From positions 45,136,001 to 45,200,000 of the forward strand of contig NC_043005.1 in the NCBI RefSeq assembly GCF_006345805.1: 64,000 nucleotides of DNA, given 5' to 3'. The translations under genes were made by a program, and so were the position numbers. This DNA is from Octopus sinensis. Lineage: Eukaryota. Shown here in pieces: positions 13,901 through 26,520 of the stretch (position 1 is its first letter; each line of letters opens with the position of its first letter). The notes below the pieces were generated by a model, which worked only from the letters and a program-made list of their open reading frames with translations, did no database searches and was not told the DNA's origin.

Positions 13901-15019
13901 ACCCCAGAACCATGTGATTGGGAAGCAAATTTTTTACCACAGAACCACAAACACAGGTGCGCATGCACACATACATAAACACACACATGTTCACTCATAT
14001 ACACATACATCGACAGACATACATATAGACATACATCGACTGACATATATATACACATATATAAACACACATACATAGACACACATGCACACACACACGC
14101 ACACACACTCACACACACGCGTGTGCGCACACACACATACACAATCTCTAACAAGAGGAAACGCAAGGATCATAATTACTACAAAGAAAACCTAGAAGGC
14201 TATGGAAATTTCAGGTTTCTTGACCTGATTATAAATTATGGCAATATTATGAAAATTCAACTTATTTCAAATTTTGTACAGATATTTAATTTGAATTTTT
14301 TTCATTATTGATTGTTTATACATATCAGTTTTATTTGTAAATGAATTTAATTTACAAAATATGAGAGAAAAACTGGTGCAATTAATTATTTTCAAAAGTA
14401 AGGCTGGGGATTATTTCAACTATCATGCTAATGAATTTGATCTCTAGATTCATTTCCTTGTAGCCACAGTAACAGAAACAAAATAATTTTCAACTGTATT
14501 AATCTAGAGTAATTATACATTGTCTTTTGATGAAATGGTATATAATATTCTCTGGCATATAAGTCAACATAGTAAACATGTAGTGTAAACACTGAATCAT
14601 TGTTACTCTCTTCCCAAATCCTGCTCATTTCACATTGAATTTTCAAGCTTCCAAAGTCATTGAATTTTCAGGCTTCCAAAGTCGTCTTGGTCTATACGTT
14701 AACCTACCTGTTTTGGGCTGTAAATTTTGATCTGAAAAATTCAACTTGTTTGCTGGAAAATATAATATATAACAGTCAAACTTTAATTTTTAACATTAAT
14801 CTTTTATCTTTTATCTTTTACTTGTTTTAATCATTAGACTGTGGCCATGTTGGTGCACCATATTGAGGAATTTTAGTCAAATGAATTGACCTCAGTACTT
14901 TTCTTTTTTAAGTGTGGTAATTATTCTATTAGTCTCTTATGCTGAACACCTAAGTTACAGGGATGTAAACACACCAACAACGGTTGTCAAGCAGTGATGG
15001 GGGATAAACAGATACACAG

Positions 15020-15056
<37 letters not shown>

Positions 15057-15504
15057 ATAAAACTTACTTGAAAGAGGATGTGTGGCATTCAGTCATATAA
15101 TAATATAAACAATGTACATACTTACATCTAAATACGTGTGTGTGTGTGTATGCATATGTGGGCACAGGGCATCATGAAACATGTAAAACAGAAAAAGAAA
15201 CAGGAAGTATGAGTACATAGAATATAAACTATTTTTTCTGAAGGGTCGTTCTTTATGTTGTTTGTCTTGTTTTCCATTTGTGTCTTTCGTTGTTCGAAAA
15301 AATAGTTCATATTCCATGTACTCGTACTTCGTGTTTTTTTGTTGTACACATTTCATGACATCCTGTGCCCACATATGCATATATATACACGTATAGATGT
15401 ACATATGCACATATACATAAGTATATATGCATATATATATATATTATTAATATTATTATTATTATATATATACATATATATATATATACATACATACATA
15501 ATAT

Positions 15505-15928
15505 ATATATAGGCAAGTGAGGATCAGAATCGAAATCGATCAATGGAAATCGATCAATGGAAATTGCAGATGTGTTACCAGTGCCGGTGGCATGTAAGAG
15601 AACCTTCCGTTTCACGACCGTTGCCAGCACCGCCCCGTTTCGTGTCCGTTGCCAGCCTCGCCTGACCCTCGTGTCGGTGGCACATAAAAAGCACCATCCG
15701 TTCATGGCCGTTTGCCAGCTCTGTCTGGCACCAGTGCGGGTGGCACGTAAAAAGCACCCACTACACTCACGGAGTGGTTGGCGTTAGGAAGGGCATCCAG
15801 CCGTAGAAACACTGCCAGATTTGACTGGGCCTGACGAAGCCTTCTGGCTTCACAGACCCCAGTAGAACCGTCCAACCCATGCTAGCATGGAAAGCGGACG
15901 CTAAATGATGATGATGATGATGATGATG

Positions 15929-15930
<2 letters not shown>
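15505..15930 (+). mobile_element. RTE LINE 3' UTR fragment with only about 3 copies of the 61-bp unit
   Basis: ggtggcacataaaaagcaccatccgttcatggccgtttgccagctctgtctggc units plus tail ...ccaacccatgctagcatggaaagcggacgctaaa(tga)n. Confidence 0.85.
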
Positions 15931-15961
<31 letters not shown>

Positions 15962-15970
15962 CATACATAC

Positions 15971-16017
<47 letters not shown>

Positions 16018-16330
16018 CAGGCTTTTTTCAGTTTCCATCTACCAAATCCACCCACAAGGCTTTGATTGGCTCAAGGCAATAGTAGGAGACACTTGCTCAA
16101 AGTATAACAATGTGGTTAGGAAACAATCTTCTTACCCCAGAGCCACATAGTTTTAAAATTTTTGCTGCAAATATTTTTGCTTGCTTCCTGTATTTTCACA
16201 CAGACCCTATGAAACTATGCAGAAGTAACTCTGTACATATAATAGTGTAATTTAATAGGACTGAACCAGACCTGAAACTATGTGAATGGAAAGCAAACTT
16301 ATTGACCAGACAACCATGACTTAACCTAAG

Positions 16331-16386
<56 letters not shown>

Positions 16387-16493
16387 CAGAAGCTAAAGAG
16401 GAGGTGCATGGTTACTCTAACCTTTCATCATCTGACACTTGATCCCCTCCTCCACTACTGAGTGGATCTGTAAATGGAAACTGAAAGAAGCCA

Positions 16494-16557
<64 letters not shown>

Positions 16558-17293
16558 GTGTGTGTGTGTGTGTGTATGTGTGCATCTTTCGTGTCTTTCG
16601 TTGTTCGGAAAAATAGTTCATATTTTTGTGTTTGTCTTCCAGCACTGCTTGATAACTGGTATTGGTTTGTCTATGTACTTGTAACTTGGGGGTTCAGCTA
16701 AAGACCCCAATAGAATAAGTACCTGACTTGAAAAAAAAGTACTGGAGTTGATTTGTTCAATGAAGTGCACCAGCATGGCCACAGTCCAATGACTGGAATA
16801 AGTTAGTGTCTGTGTGGTAAGAAGCTTGCTTGCCACACAGACACTAATAAAGAAATAAAAAACATTAACAAAAAATAGCCCCTTGTGGGCAATAAAATAT
16901 ATGAAGCTTGCTTGCCAACCACATGGTTCTGAGTTCAATCCCACCACATGGCACCTTGGTGAAGTGTCTTCTACTATAGCCACAAGCTGATTAGAGCCTT
17001 CTGAATGGATTTGGTAGAAAGAAACCCATCATATCTATATTTATACATATATGTATATCTATGTGTTTGTTCCCACTGCACCACTTGACAACCAATAGTG
17101 GTGTGTTTTTGTCCCTGTAACTTAGTAGCTTGGCAAAAGAGACCAATAGAATAAGTACTAGGCTTACAAAGAATTAGTCCTGGGCTTGATTTCTTTGCAT
17201 AAAACCCTTTAATGCAGTGCTCCAGCATGTCAAAAGAGGGAAACAAATAAATTATATATATACATACATACATATATACTTACATACATACAT

Positions 17294-17328
<35 letters not shown>

Positions 17329-17693
17329 GAGTTAAATGCAGGTGTTATTCAAATTCTTTTACTTCTGGCATATGTTTCAAAGACAACATTGGTATTATTC
17401 CTTTGGAATAAAATGGTGTAAAACTATGTAATCTTCTCATCAGGGAAAGAAAAAAATGAAACCAAACTCATCAATAAGACATTTTAACAGAATGTGATGG
17501 ATGTGCATAATGATGAACGGAACGCTATTAAGTTCTTTTAAAAAACCGTTAGAAGATATAACGTCAAAGGTAGCCTATAGAAAGAGAAGGGATAAAGGAA
17601 AGAAATAAGCTTATTCCTTTGGAATAATACCAATGTTATCTTTGAAACATATGTTGGAAGGAAAAGAATTTGAATAACACCTGCGTTTAACTC
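17329..17693. mobile_element. MITE with about 80-bp TIRs
   Basis: gagttaaatgcaggtgttattcaaattctttt...ggaataa and its reverse complement ttattcc...aaaagaatttgaataacacctgcgtttaactc. Confidence 0.85.
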
Positions 17694-17944
17694 CATTTAT
17701 TTATTAATATATATTATGCAAAATATTTCACATCAACCTAGAGTTTCTACCTTTACATCCTTATTATTTGTGTGATTTTTTGCTGCCCTGGTAACTGTTT
17801 ATTTATTTTTTCTGTGTTAATTGTTAACAAGGGCAAAATACACACATCCATTTATAGATATATATATAAATAGTAGAAATATAAATATATAACAGGAGCA
17901 AATATACTGGAGTTTCAGTAGATACCACATGGCATAATTATGTG

Positions 17945-18170
17945 TTGAAAATTTGTGGAAGACATATATATAAAAAGTGGAAGAGAAATGCCTTCATTTC
18001 ACATAGTTTAATATCTTTTTATTAAGAAATTTTTTTATATATACATATTTTATGGATGTCGTGATATCCAACATTGTGAAGTAATCAATTCTTGTGACTA
18101 AAAAGATATTAAACTATGTGAATCAAAAGCATTTCTTGTCCACTTTTTATATATATTTTCCACATATATA
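17945..18170. mobile_element. AT-rich foldback hairpin or MITE
   Basis: atataaaaagtgga..agaaatgc..tttcacatagtttaatatcttttta pairs with taaaaagatattaaactatgtgaa..gcatttct..tccactttttatat. Confidence 0.65.
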
Positions 18171-18720
18171 AACTGTCATGGTTTTACAAGATTGTCAGCA
18201 ATGAAGGACATGTGATGCCTCCTTCTTTCCACAAAGCTTTAGAGTTAACTCTGCCACCTACATTGAGGTCCTGGAAATAATTGTTGAGCCTTGGAAAGAC
18301 AGTGTATGCAATGAAAGGCTATATGTGCATGACTATGCATAATCACATATGGCTCTAGTAACCCAGGAATGGATGATTGAAAATTTTCATGATCACATAA
18401 CCCCTAACGTTTGGCCTAATTCCCCAGATCTCAATCCATTGAACTATTATATGTAGAGCGTTGAGAGAGAGATCAATGAACATGCCCATAACACCAAATA
18501 TTCTTTGAAAGTTGCCATAGTCAGAGTAATGTTCAAAATGAACCAGGACCACTTGATTCGAGCATGTAAATGATTTAAATCCCATATAGAAGCAGTTGTT
18601 GAAGTTGAAGGTGGCTTTATTGAATAACATTATAGGAATGAAGGTTTATTTTTATCCTCATAACATTTTTTGATAAATAAAGTTATTATCTGTTATTATA
18701 TATATGTTGTTTTATAAAAA
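18170..18720 (+). mobile_element. Tc1/mariner (maT/DD37D-like) transposase C-terminal pseudogene fragment
   Basis: Conceptual translation across stops and frameshifts: HVMPP..RVNSATYIEVL..QEWMIENFHDHITPN..NSPDLNPL..AVVEVEGGFIE*. Confidence 0.8.
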
Positions 18721-19168
18721 TAAATCATCATCATCATCATCATCATCATCTATCTACAAATATCTTACGCACCCTATATACACACATGTACACACACGTA
18801 TACACTCACATACACACACACATACTTACACATTCTTGTGTATGTCTATTCTCCACTTCCTGTTAAAATCTTCTTATGTTTTCTCCATATTCTCTATGCT
18901 TTCAGCTGAAAGCAAATACATTGTTATGCAGCTCATATCAACACGTTAGCACAATCAAGTTACCTGCACAGTTTCTGATTTCACTTCAGTAACTGCAGAA
19001 GTTTCAAAACAATGCACAAATTAATCGATAAATAATACAGCCCTTACATGTATGTATGTATGTATGTATGTATGTATGTATGTATGTATGTATGTATGTA
19101 TGTGTATGTATGTATGTATGTATGTGTGTGTGTATGTGTAAACATATATGCATAAATTAATATATATA

Positions 19169-19475
19169 TCTTAATATATAAAACTTCGAAAGTGTCTGTA
19201 TGTGTGTCTGTCTGTGTGAATCCCTAAAACTCAAGAACTACCCAAACAATTTCATTCAAATTTTACACATGCCTTATTTAGGGTCCATGCAGCGTCATGG
19301 GCCCCACAAAAATCTTCAACTTCTTGCCTAATGTGAGCCCAGAGCAATCTTTTATCTCTTACACTATTTCAGTATTACGTGTCAAAATTGAAATAATATC
19401 TCTTGTAATGTGAGATAATTTCAGTTCAAAAGTTTCACTATTAATACCAAAACTATTAAAGTGAAACTATTATCT
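19169..19475 (+). mobile_element. Helitron-like non-autonomous element, 5' portion
   Basis: a|TCttaatatataaaacttcgaaagtgtctgtatgtgtgtctgtctg...aatttcattcaaattttacac; no 3' CTRR found. Confidence 0.5.
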
Positions 19476-19506
19476 CACATATATACATGCATACATATAT
19501 GTATAC

Positions 19507-19542
<36 letters not shown>

Positions 19543-19704
19543 CCTTACAAAGGTAATAATTATTTAAAATTATAAATTAGGGTATCTGAGAGATACCACT
19601 ACGCTGAAATAGCAGTCAAAACCAGACTCTAAAACCACATTAAATGTTCATATAGCAATAGGAGAGAAGACAAAGAGACAAAATAAACTAGCAAAAAAAT
19701 TTTA

Positions 19705-19778
19705 CTGGATAATTCCAGATCCTGGATTTCTGGCTTTGCATAAGAGATGCTCTGCCTTCTTCAGTGGAATATACTCAG
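19705..19778 (-). ncRNA. Type I hammerhead ribozyme, near intact
   Basis: Minus: AUUCCA CUGAAGA aggc-agagcaucucuuaugcaaa-gcca GAAA UCCAGGA UC UGGAAU; 6-bp stem I, AUC triplet; A.A mismatch at base of stem II. Confidence 0.75.
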
Positions 19779-20181
19779 ATAGCACATAAATACAAATATA
19801 TATATAGACAACATATGATATACTTACATATACGAACGTCTATACATACATATATATGCACATATGTACACAGCCAGCTTAAATTGCGTGCCTAACAACT
19901 ACTCATGCAATATGGTCAGAATAAACACCGCAGTGAATATAATGACGAAATATATAAATTCATATGAATAAGGATAAGATCGATATTTAAAGTGGTAATG
20001 TTTAAGGCTGAGTGGAGACATAAGCTACCTTGTTTGAGGTATAAGGATGCAGTTGTGCACCAGTAGCCAGCTGGAAAAGATGTTTTCCTAGGGCTAAAAA
20101 AGGTAGTAACATCGTTCTAATCAGGACTGCCACTTTACTTCGCACTCCAAGATTGAAAAATTTTAAACTAATTGTTTTCCT

Positions 20182-20222
<41 letters not shown>

Positions 20223-20376
20223 ATTTGCCAACACAACATGATAGTCTTCTGCAGGACGATGCTGCTACTTTTAGCCCAGGAAAAACATTTTCTCCACCTG
20301 GCTACCAACACATGATCTGTGTCCATATACTGTGAGCAAGCGAGTCTACTACTCCCTTTCTAGCCACACTTACACG

Positions 20377-20457
<81 letters not shown>

Positions 20458-20495
20458 CATATACATATATATATACATATATATACACATACACA

Positions 20496-21807
20496 CAGTG
20501 TGGAGCAAAGAGAACAGACGTTTTTGAAAAATTCTCAAAATCATTAATTTTAGCTGCAAACAAATTTGAATGTGTTTGTATTGAATTAACATTTGTCATA
20601 AGCGAATGTGGAAAGCAACATCCATCATGTCGTGTCTGTTTTCATTGATGCATTTCTGAAGGTGTTCTTGGAAGTTAGCTTCTACTCTCCCAAGCATTGC
20701 TCTGTCGATATGGGTGACTTATACATGAATGCCTTCCTTCAAATCGTCCAGTGTACAGGGCTTATGCACATACACATGTGCCTTGAGGTTTTCCCACAAA
20801 AAATAATCACACATGTACAAATCAGGGTACCAAGGGCACCAAGGAATGTCAGCAAACCTGGGAATGAGGTGGTCACCGAAAAGAGGATGAAGAACGTCCA
20901 CTGATGCTCTGGCTGTGTGGGCCACTGCCCCATCCTACTGAAACCACAGGTGTATGTTTTCATTGTTAGTCAGGCACAAAGAAGTTGTTTATCATTTTGA
21001 TATAACATTTGGAGTTCAAAGTAACAACATTTCCATTATTATCTTCAAAAAATTAAGGGCTAATGACAGCAGCTTTTCTAACAGCGGACCAGACCATCAC
21101 TTTTGGGCTGTCCAGTGGTCTTTCATGCAGTTCTCTCAGATTTTCAAGAGCCCAATAACGACAGTTCTGTTAATTCATCATACCGTTCAGATGAAAATGA
21201 GCTTCATCATTCATTAACAAAATGAGGTTGTCGTTGCTTCAAAAATTGCTTCCATCTGACATGCAAAGTTAAGCCACTGTGCATAGTTCCATAGTTTCAA
21301 CTGATGCCCAATGATCAATTTGTATGAATAAAAATGCAGGTCTTCATGCAAAATACGCCTTACCGATCAATTACTGATGCCAAGTTAAGTGGAATGCCTC
21401 AGAGCAGAGCAATTCAGACTCGAAGCTTGTCTGATGTGTTCCACATTTTCCAGGGTTTGTACCATTCATGGTGCCCCCGCCAGTCTCCTCTTCATTAGTG
21501 TACCTCATGTATGAAATGCATTCACCCACTGTAAGTTTGTGTTACAGGTGAGAACAGCCTGATTTCGGTGAATGTGGAAGTGGCACTGAAACTCACACCA
21601 AATTGCTGTGACAGACTCATTATTCTTCACGTAACTGAAATAGGCAAACACATAATGGTCTATTGTACACAGTGGCATGGCTTCACCTGAAAAGAAAAAA
21701 ATTGCTAAGACACCATGAACCGAATGGTACATGTTGAACATTTGTCCCTCCCACTGGGGTTGAGTAATAGCCATTTCAAAAACGTCCATCTTCTCTGCTC
21801 TACTCTG
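20496..21807 (-). mobile_element. Near-full-length Tc1/mariner-superfamily element (probably rosa/DD41D-like), transposase degraded
   Basis: TIRs cagtgtggagcaaagagaacagacgtttttgaaa / tttcaaaaacgtccatcttctctgctctactctg; N-terminal YVKNNESVTAIWCEFQCHF; C-terminal WCPWYPDLYMCDYFLWENLKAHVY..PCTLDDLK. Confidence 0.85.
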
Positions 21808-21813
21808 TGTGTG

Positions 21814-21865
<52 letters not shown>

Positions 21866-22650
21866 GCACTTGTAGTAACTGACTAAGGGATAAAATTACC
21901 TGTGTTATCCCCGGGTAATGGTGTGCAAGGACAACATATACGTCAAGCACAGGTGATAATAGGATAAACAAAAGTTTATCATGACCAATGCAAATAATTA
22001 GAAAATGGAGAAAAACATAGATTACTGGTACATCGATAGGACCACATTTAAAGCTTATACACATCTATATACACTAAAAACTATGCCAAAACATTCAATT
22101 GGAATCTGCTAGAGCTCTCTGGCTTGCCAGCACCTGTCAAACCCATGCCAGCATGGAAAACAGATGTTACATGATGATGATGATGATGATGAAAGTGATG
22201 TTGATGATGATAATGAGAGTACTGTTGCCACTTCTTAAGCCCATAACTATAATGTTGATATAACTCATTATCAAATATGTAAACTAATTATGTTTTCTAT
22301 TAGCAAGGTACCACCTTAATTAGCAAAAGACCAAAAAAAAAAAAAAAATGGTAAATGTTAAGTGATGGCTGTTATACATAACTTTAAAGAATTTTTTGAG
22401 ATAATTTCCTGTTATCAAAATGTTGTATCTGTTACAGTTAATAATAAGTGATTAATAAGTTAAATTGTGTCACTTGTTTTTCTTAAGCTGCTTTCGTTAA
22501 AGATTGGAGTTTCAAGTACCTTACTTCTTTAAATGTTCCCTCATTAGAAATATTACCATTTAGTTAATTTCTAAAATGCAGTCACTCACTAAGAATGGAA
22601 TCCAACTCTAATTATAAAATTCATTTATTTTTAATTTTGTATTAATAAAT

Positions 22651-24140
22651 GTGTACGAACAGCCATGCTACATGGCAGTGAAACATGGGCTGTGACTGCT
22701 GAGGACATGCGTAAGCTCGCGAGAAATGAAGCTAGTATGCTCCGTTGGATGTGTAATGTCATTGTTCATAGTCGACAGAGTGTAAGTACCTTGAGAGAAA
22801 AGTTGGACCTAAGAGGAATCAGATGTTGTGTGCAAGAGAGACGATTGCGCTGGTATGGTCATGTGGTGAGAATGGATGAAGATAGGTGTGTGAAAAAGTG
22901 CCACACCCTGGCAGTTGAGGGGACCTGTGGAAGAGGTAGACCCAGGAAAACCTGGGTCGAGGTGGTGAAGCACGACCTTCGAACTCTAGGTCTCACCAAG
23001 GAAATGACCAGAGACCGAGACCTATGGAAGTATGCTGTGCGTGAGAAGACCCGGCAAGACCAGTGAGAACAATCAAAATCAATCATATATCAGAAAGCAG
23101 GGGTTAAGTGACCCATCTGTTCGTGTCCGCTGTCAGCCTCGTCTGGCACCCGTGCCGGTGATACGTAAAAGCACCATTTGCTCATGGCCGTTTGCCAGCT
23201 CTGCCTGGCCCCGTGTCGGTGGCACGTAAAAGCACCGTCCGTTCGTGGCCGTTGGCCAGCTCTGTCTGGCCCCATGTCGGTGGCACGTAAAAGCACCATC
23301 CGTTCGTGGCCGTTTGCCAGCTCTGTCTGGCCCCGTGTCGGTGGCACGTAAAAGCACCATCCGTCCGTGTCCGTTGCCAGCCTCGGCTGGCCCCCGTGCC
23401 GGTGACACGTAAAAGCACCGTCCGCTCATGGCCGTTTGCCAGCTCTGTCTGGCAACCGTGTCGGTGGCATGTAAAAGCACCATCTGTTCGCGTCCGTTGC
23501 CAGCCTCGGCTGGCCCCCGTGCCGGTGACACGTAAAAGCACCATCCGTTCGTGGCCGTTTGCCAGCTCTGTCTGCCCCGTGTCGGTGGCACGTAAAAGCA
23601 CCATTCGTCCGTGTCCGTTGCCAGCCTCGGCTGGCCCCCGTGCGGTGACACGTAAAAGCACCGTCCGCTCGTGGCCGTTTGCCAGCTCTGTCTGGCAACC
23701 GTGTCGGTGGCACGTAAAAGCACCATCCGTTCGCGTCCGTTGCCAGCCTCGGCTGGCCCCCGTGCCAGTGACACGTAAAAGCACCGTCCATTCATGGCCG
23801 GTTGCCAGCTCTGTCTGGCCCCGTGTCGGTGGCACGTAAAAGCACCATCCGTTCGTGTCCGTTGCCAGCATCGCCTGGCCCCGTGCCGGTGACACATAAA
23901 AGCACCATCCGTTCGTGGCCGTTCGCCAGCTCTGTCTGGCACCTGTGCAGGTGGCACGTAAAAAACACCCACTACACTCGCGGAGTGGTTGGCGTTAGGA
24001 AGGGCATCCAGCCGTAGAAACACTGCCAGATCTGACTGGGCCTGACGAAGCCTTCCAGCTTCACAGACCCCAGTTGACCCGTCCAACCCATGCTAGCATG
24101 GAAAACGGACGCTAAACGATGATGATGATGATGATGATGA
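22651..24140 (+). mobile_element. 5'-truncated RTE LINE: ORF2 C-terminus, 3' UTR with tandem array, (GAT)n tail
   Basis: ORF 22665-23066 LHGSETW..EASMLRWMCNV..RRLRWYGHVVRMDEDR..GRGRPRKTW; stem-loop ccatgctagcatgg before the tail. Confidence 0.93.
23120..23970 (+). repeat. GC-rich minisatellite, 14 units of about 61 bp, partly A-B dimer higher-order repeat
   Basis: 14 occurrences of the gtaaaagcacc-type core at about 60-62 bp spacing; unit A gtccgttgccagcctcggctggcccccgtgccggtgacacg, unit B ggccgtttgccagctctgtctggcaaccgtgtcggtggcacg. Confidence 0.95.
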
Positions 24141-24148
24141 AATATATA

Positions 24149-24557
24149 CGGTATTTTTATGTAATCTTCATGCTTATGGTGATCACCATGCAATGACTAA
24201 GGAAAATAGTCTAATAACAGGGCATATAAGCCCTCGACAGAAAAAAGAAGACTTTCCTATCCGTGTGGGATTCGAACCCACCTCCCTTAGTTAACGCAAC
24301 CAATTGTGTTACCTTTAAGTGTGTAAAGGTAATACTAACTAATATAGTTCTTAAATTTGACAGAAAGCAGGAGGCTAATTCATTAGCGTAAAGGTAACAC
24401 ACTTAGTCACATTAACAAAGGGAGGTGGGTTCGAATCCCACCTGAATAGGAAAGCCTTCTTTTTTCTGTCGAGGGCTTATATGCCCTGTTATTAGACTAT
24501 TTTCCTTAGTCATTGCACAGTGATTGCCATAAACTTTAAGCTTATCTAAAAATACCA
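24149..24557. mobile_element. Foldback MITE with about 170-bp arms containing tRNA-like B boxes
   Basis: Arms are about 85% reverse-complementary by eye; gtgggttcgaatcccac at about 24426-24442 and its inverse at about 24264-24281. Confidence 0.8.
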
Positions 24558-25144
24558 TTATTATTATTTACAGGATTGTAAAATACAGCACTGTATAACA
24601 AAACTATTTGCACCGAAAGCATATGTATATATATATATATATATACTAGCAGATATACCTGGCATTGCTCAGGATTAAAATGGCTTATTGTTTTACTAGT
24701 TTTTATTGTTTTGCTCGTTTCAGTCATGTGACTGCAGGTATGCTGGAACAGTGCCTTTAGTTGAAGAAATCAACCCCAGGATTTAATTTTTGTAAGCCAA
24801 ATGCTTATTCTGTCGGTGTGTATTGCCAAACAGCTAAGTTATGAGGACGTAAACATAGCAACATTTGTTGTCAAGTGATGGTGATGGCACAAACACACAC
24901 ACACAATTACACACACACACACACACACACTCACATACACACACACACAAATATACACATATATACGACAGTCTTCTTTCAGTTTGCATGTACAAAATCC
25001 ACTCACAAGGCTTTGATGGGCCTGACACTACAGTATATATATATGGTGCTATTAAGTTAGACATGACCTGGGCCTATACTGGCTGAAACATATCAAAATT
25101 TTATATATATATATATATATATATATCATCATCATCATCATCGT

Positions 25145-25182
<38 letters not shown>

Positions 25183-25223
25183 ATATCATCATCATCATCG
25201 TTTAACGTCCGCTTTCCATGCTC

Positions 25224-25276
<53 letters not shown>

Positions 25277-26059
25277 TATATGTATACGTTTATATACGTT
25301 TATATATTCGTTTCGCAAGATTCTTGATGTGAATTCGTGTATTGAAACAAATATTATTGTATTTGGTGTGGGATGATGTCAGCAGCTGGGGAGCTGACCG
25401 GAACTTGGGGCTGACCGGAAGGGGCAGCCATGATGCGTGTGCAGCGAGCGGGTCTTTCTGCCTTTCAACTCCGGTCGTCGAGGGGTTAAGACGGGTGATC
25501 ACGTTGTTAAGGTTGGGTGAAGCAGCTGCTATCTCTAGCGTTCGGGTGGGGCTGAGTCAAAGGATCCGTTACCGCTGAAGGGTCTCCATCAGAGCGAAGA
25601 GAAGGTAGGTGCCTTTATTTCGAATCTCTCGTACACACCACATTTGGGGATGGTCATGTTGCCAGTTTAGCCAATAAAAACACATGCATTATATATTTGC
25701 TTCAGCTTTATTTTATATTAATCGTATTTCGGCCAGAGTTCTTTCGGCACATTTCTGTGACCTCCTTAGAGGTCCTTTGCTTTCTTCTTCTTTTGTGTGT
25801 CTTTCCTTACTAATGAACAGCCATTTTGACAAAACCAGGAGCACAATTGGGGGCACTTAATGGAGAGCATACTGTGAAGATTACACTAATGAAGTAAATA
25901 AGGTGACACGGGTCCAAAGTGTGTGAGGTTCCTTTGGTCACCTCTCAGGGGAACTCCCCTCTATTGGGGAAGCACATTTTTGGTTTAATATCCTTGTTAA
26001 TTGTTGTTTTTTTTTGGGGGGGGGGCACCAACCCTGACTTCATGACAATCACCACTAAA

Positions 26060-26520
26060 ATTTTTAATTGATTTCAAATTTTGACTCAAGGCCAACAATT
26101 TCAGGGAATCGTATAAGTTGATTACATCAGTCTGAGTGTTCAACTGATACTTATTTTATCAACCCCAAAAGGACAAGAGACAAAGTTGACCTTGGCAGAA
26201 TTTGAATTCAGAACATAAAGGTGGATGAAATGCCACTAAGCAGTTTGCCTAGTACGGTAACATTTCTGATACCTCATTACCTTCACAAATATCTAATACT
26301 GATTTAAAATTTTGGCCCAAGGCCAGCAATTTCAGGAGAGGGACTAAGTCAATTACATCCTCCCCAGTATTAAACTGGTACTTATTTTATCAATCTTGAA
26401 AGGATCAAAGGCAAAGTTAACATCGGTGAAATTTGAACTCAACGTAAAGATGGATGAAATGCTGCTAAGCATTTTTCATGTCACACTAATGATTCTATCA
26501 GCTCATCACCTTCATAAATA
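26060..26520 (-). mobile_element. Two tandem Meta-domain-like SINEs (other copies about 28150-28390, 34725-34935, 42620-43020, 47890-48115, 58225-58370)
   Basis: Same core as the 4680-5960 cluster. Confidence 0.75.

Noticed and set aside
17405-17570. ctgatga (minus) and tgatga-acgg..ccgt (plus) inside the MITE
   Set aside because: Neither is followed by a correctly placed GAAA with paired stems
23120-23970. CRISPR-like array
   Set aside because: Units are tandem near-copies with no unique spacers, no cas genes, and a eukaryotic LINE 3' UTR context
23133-24086. 317-aa, 237-aa and 177-aa ORFs
   Set aside because: Open only because the GC-rich 61-bp repeat lacks stops; the peptides are periodic
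23840-24120. HDV-like ribozyme fold in the RTE 3' UTR (gccagcctcgcctggc resembles P3/L3; tccgtt could pair with aacgga)
   Set aside because: No catalytic C in a plausible J4/2 and L3 lacks the UCC start; could not be validated by eye
24262-24445. Functional tRNA genes in the MITE arms
   Set aside because: Only the T-arm is convincing; no complete acceptor stem or cloverleaf
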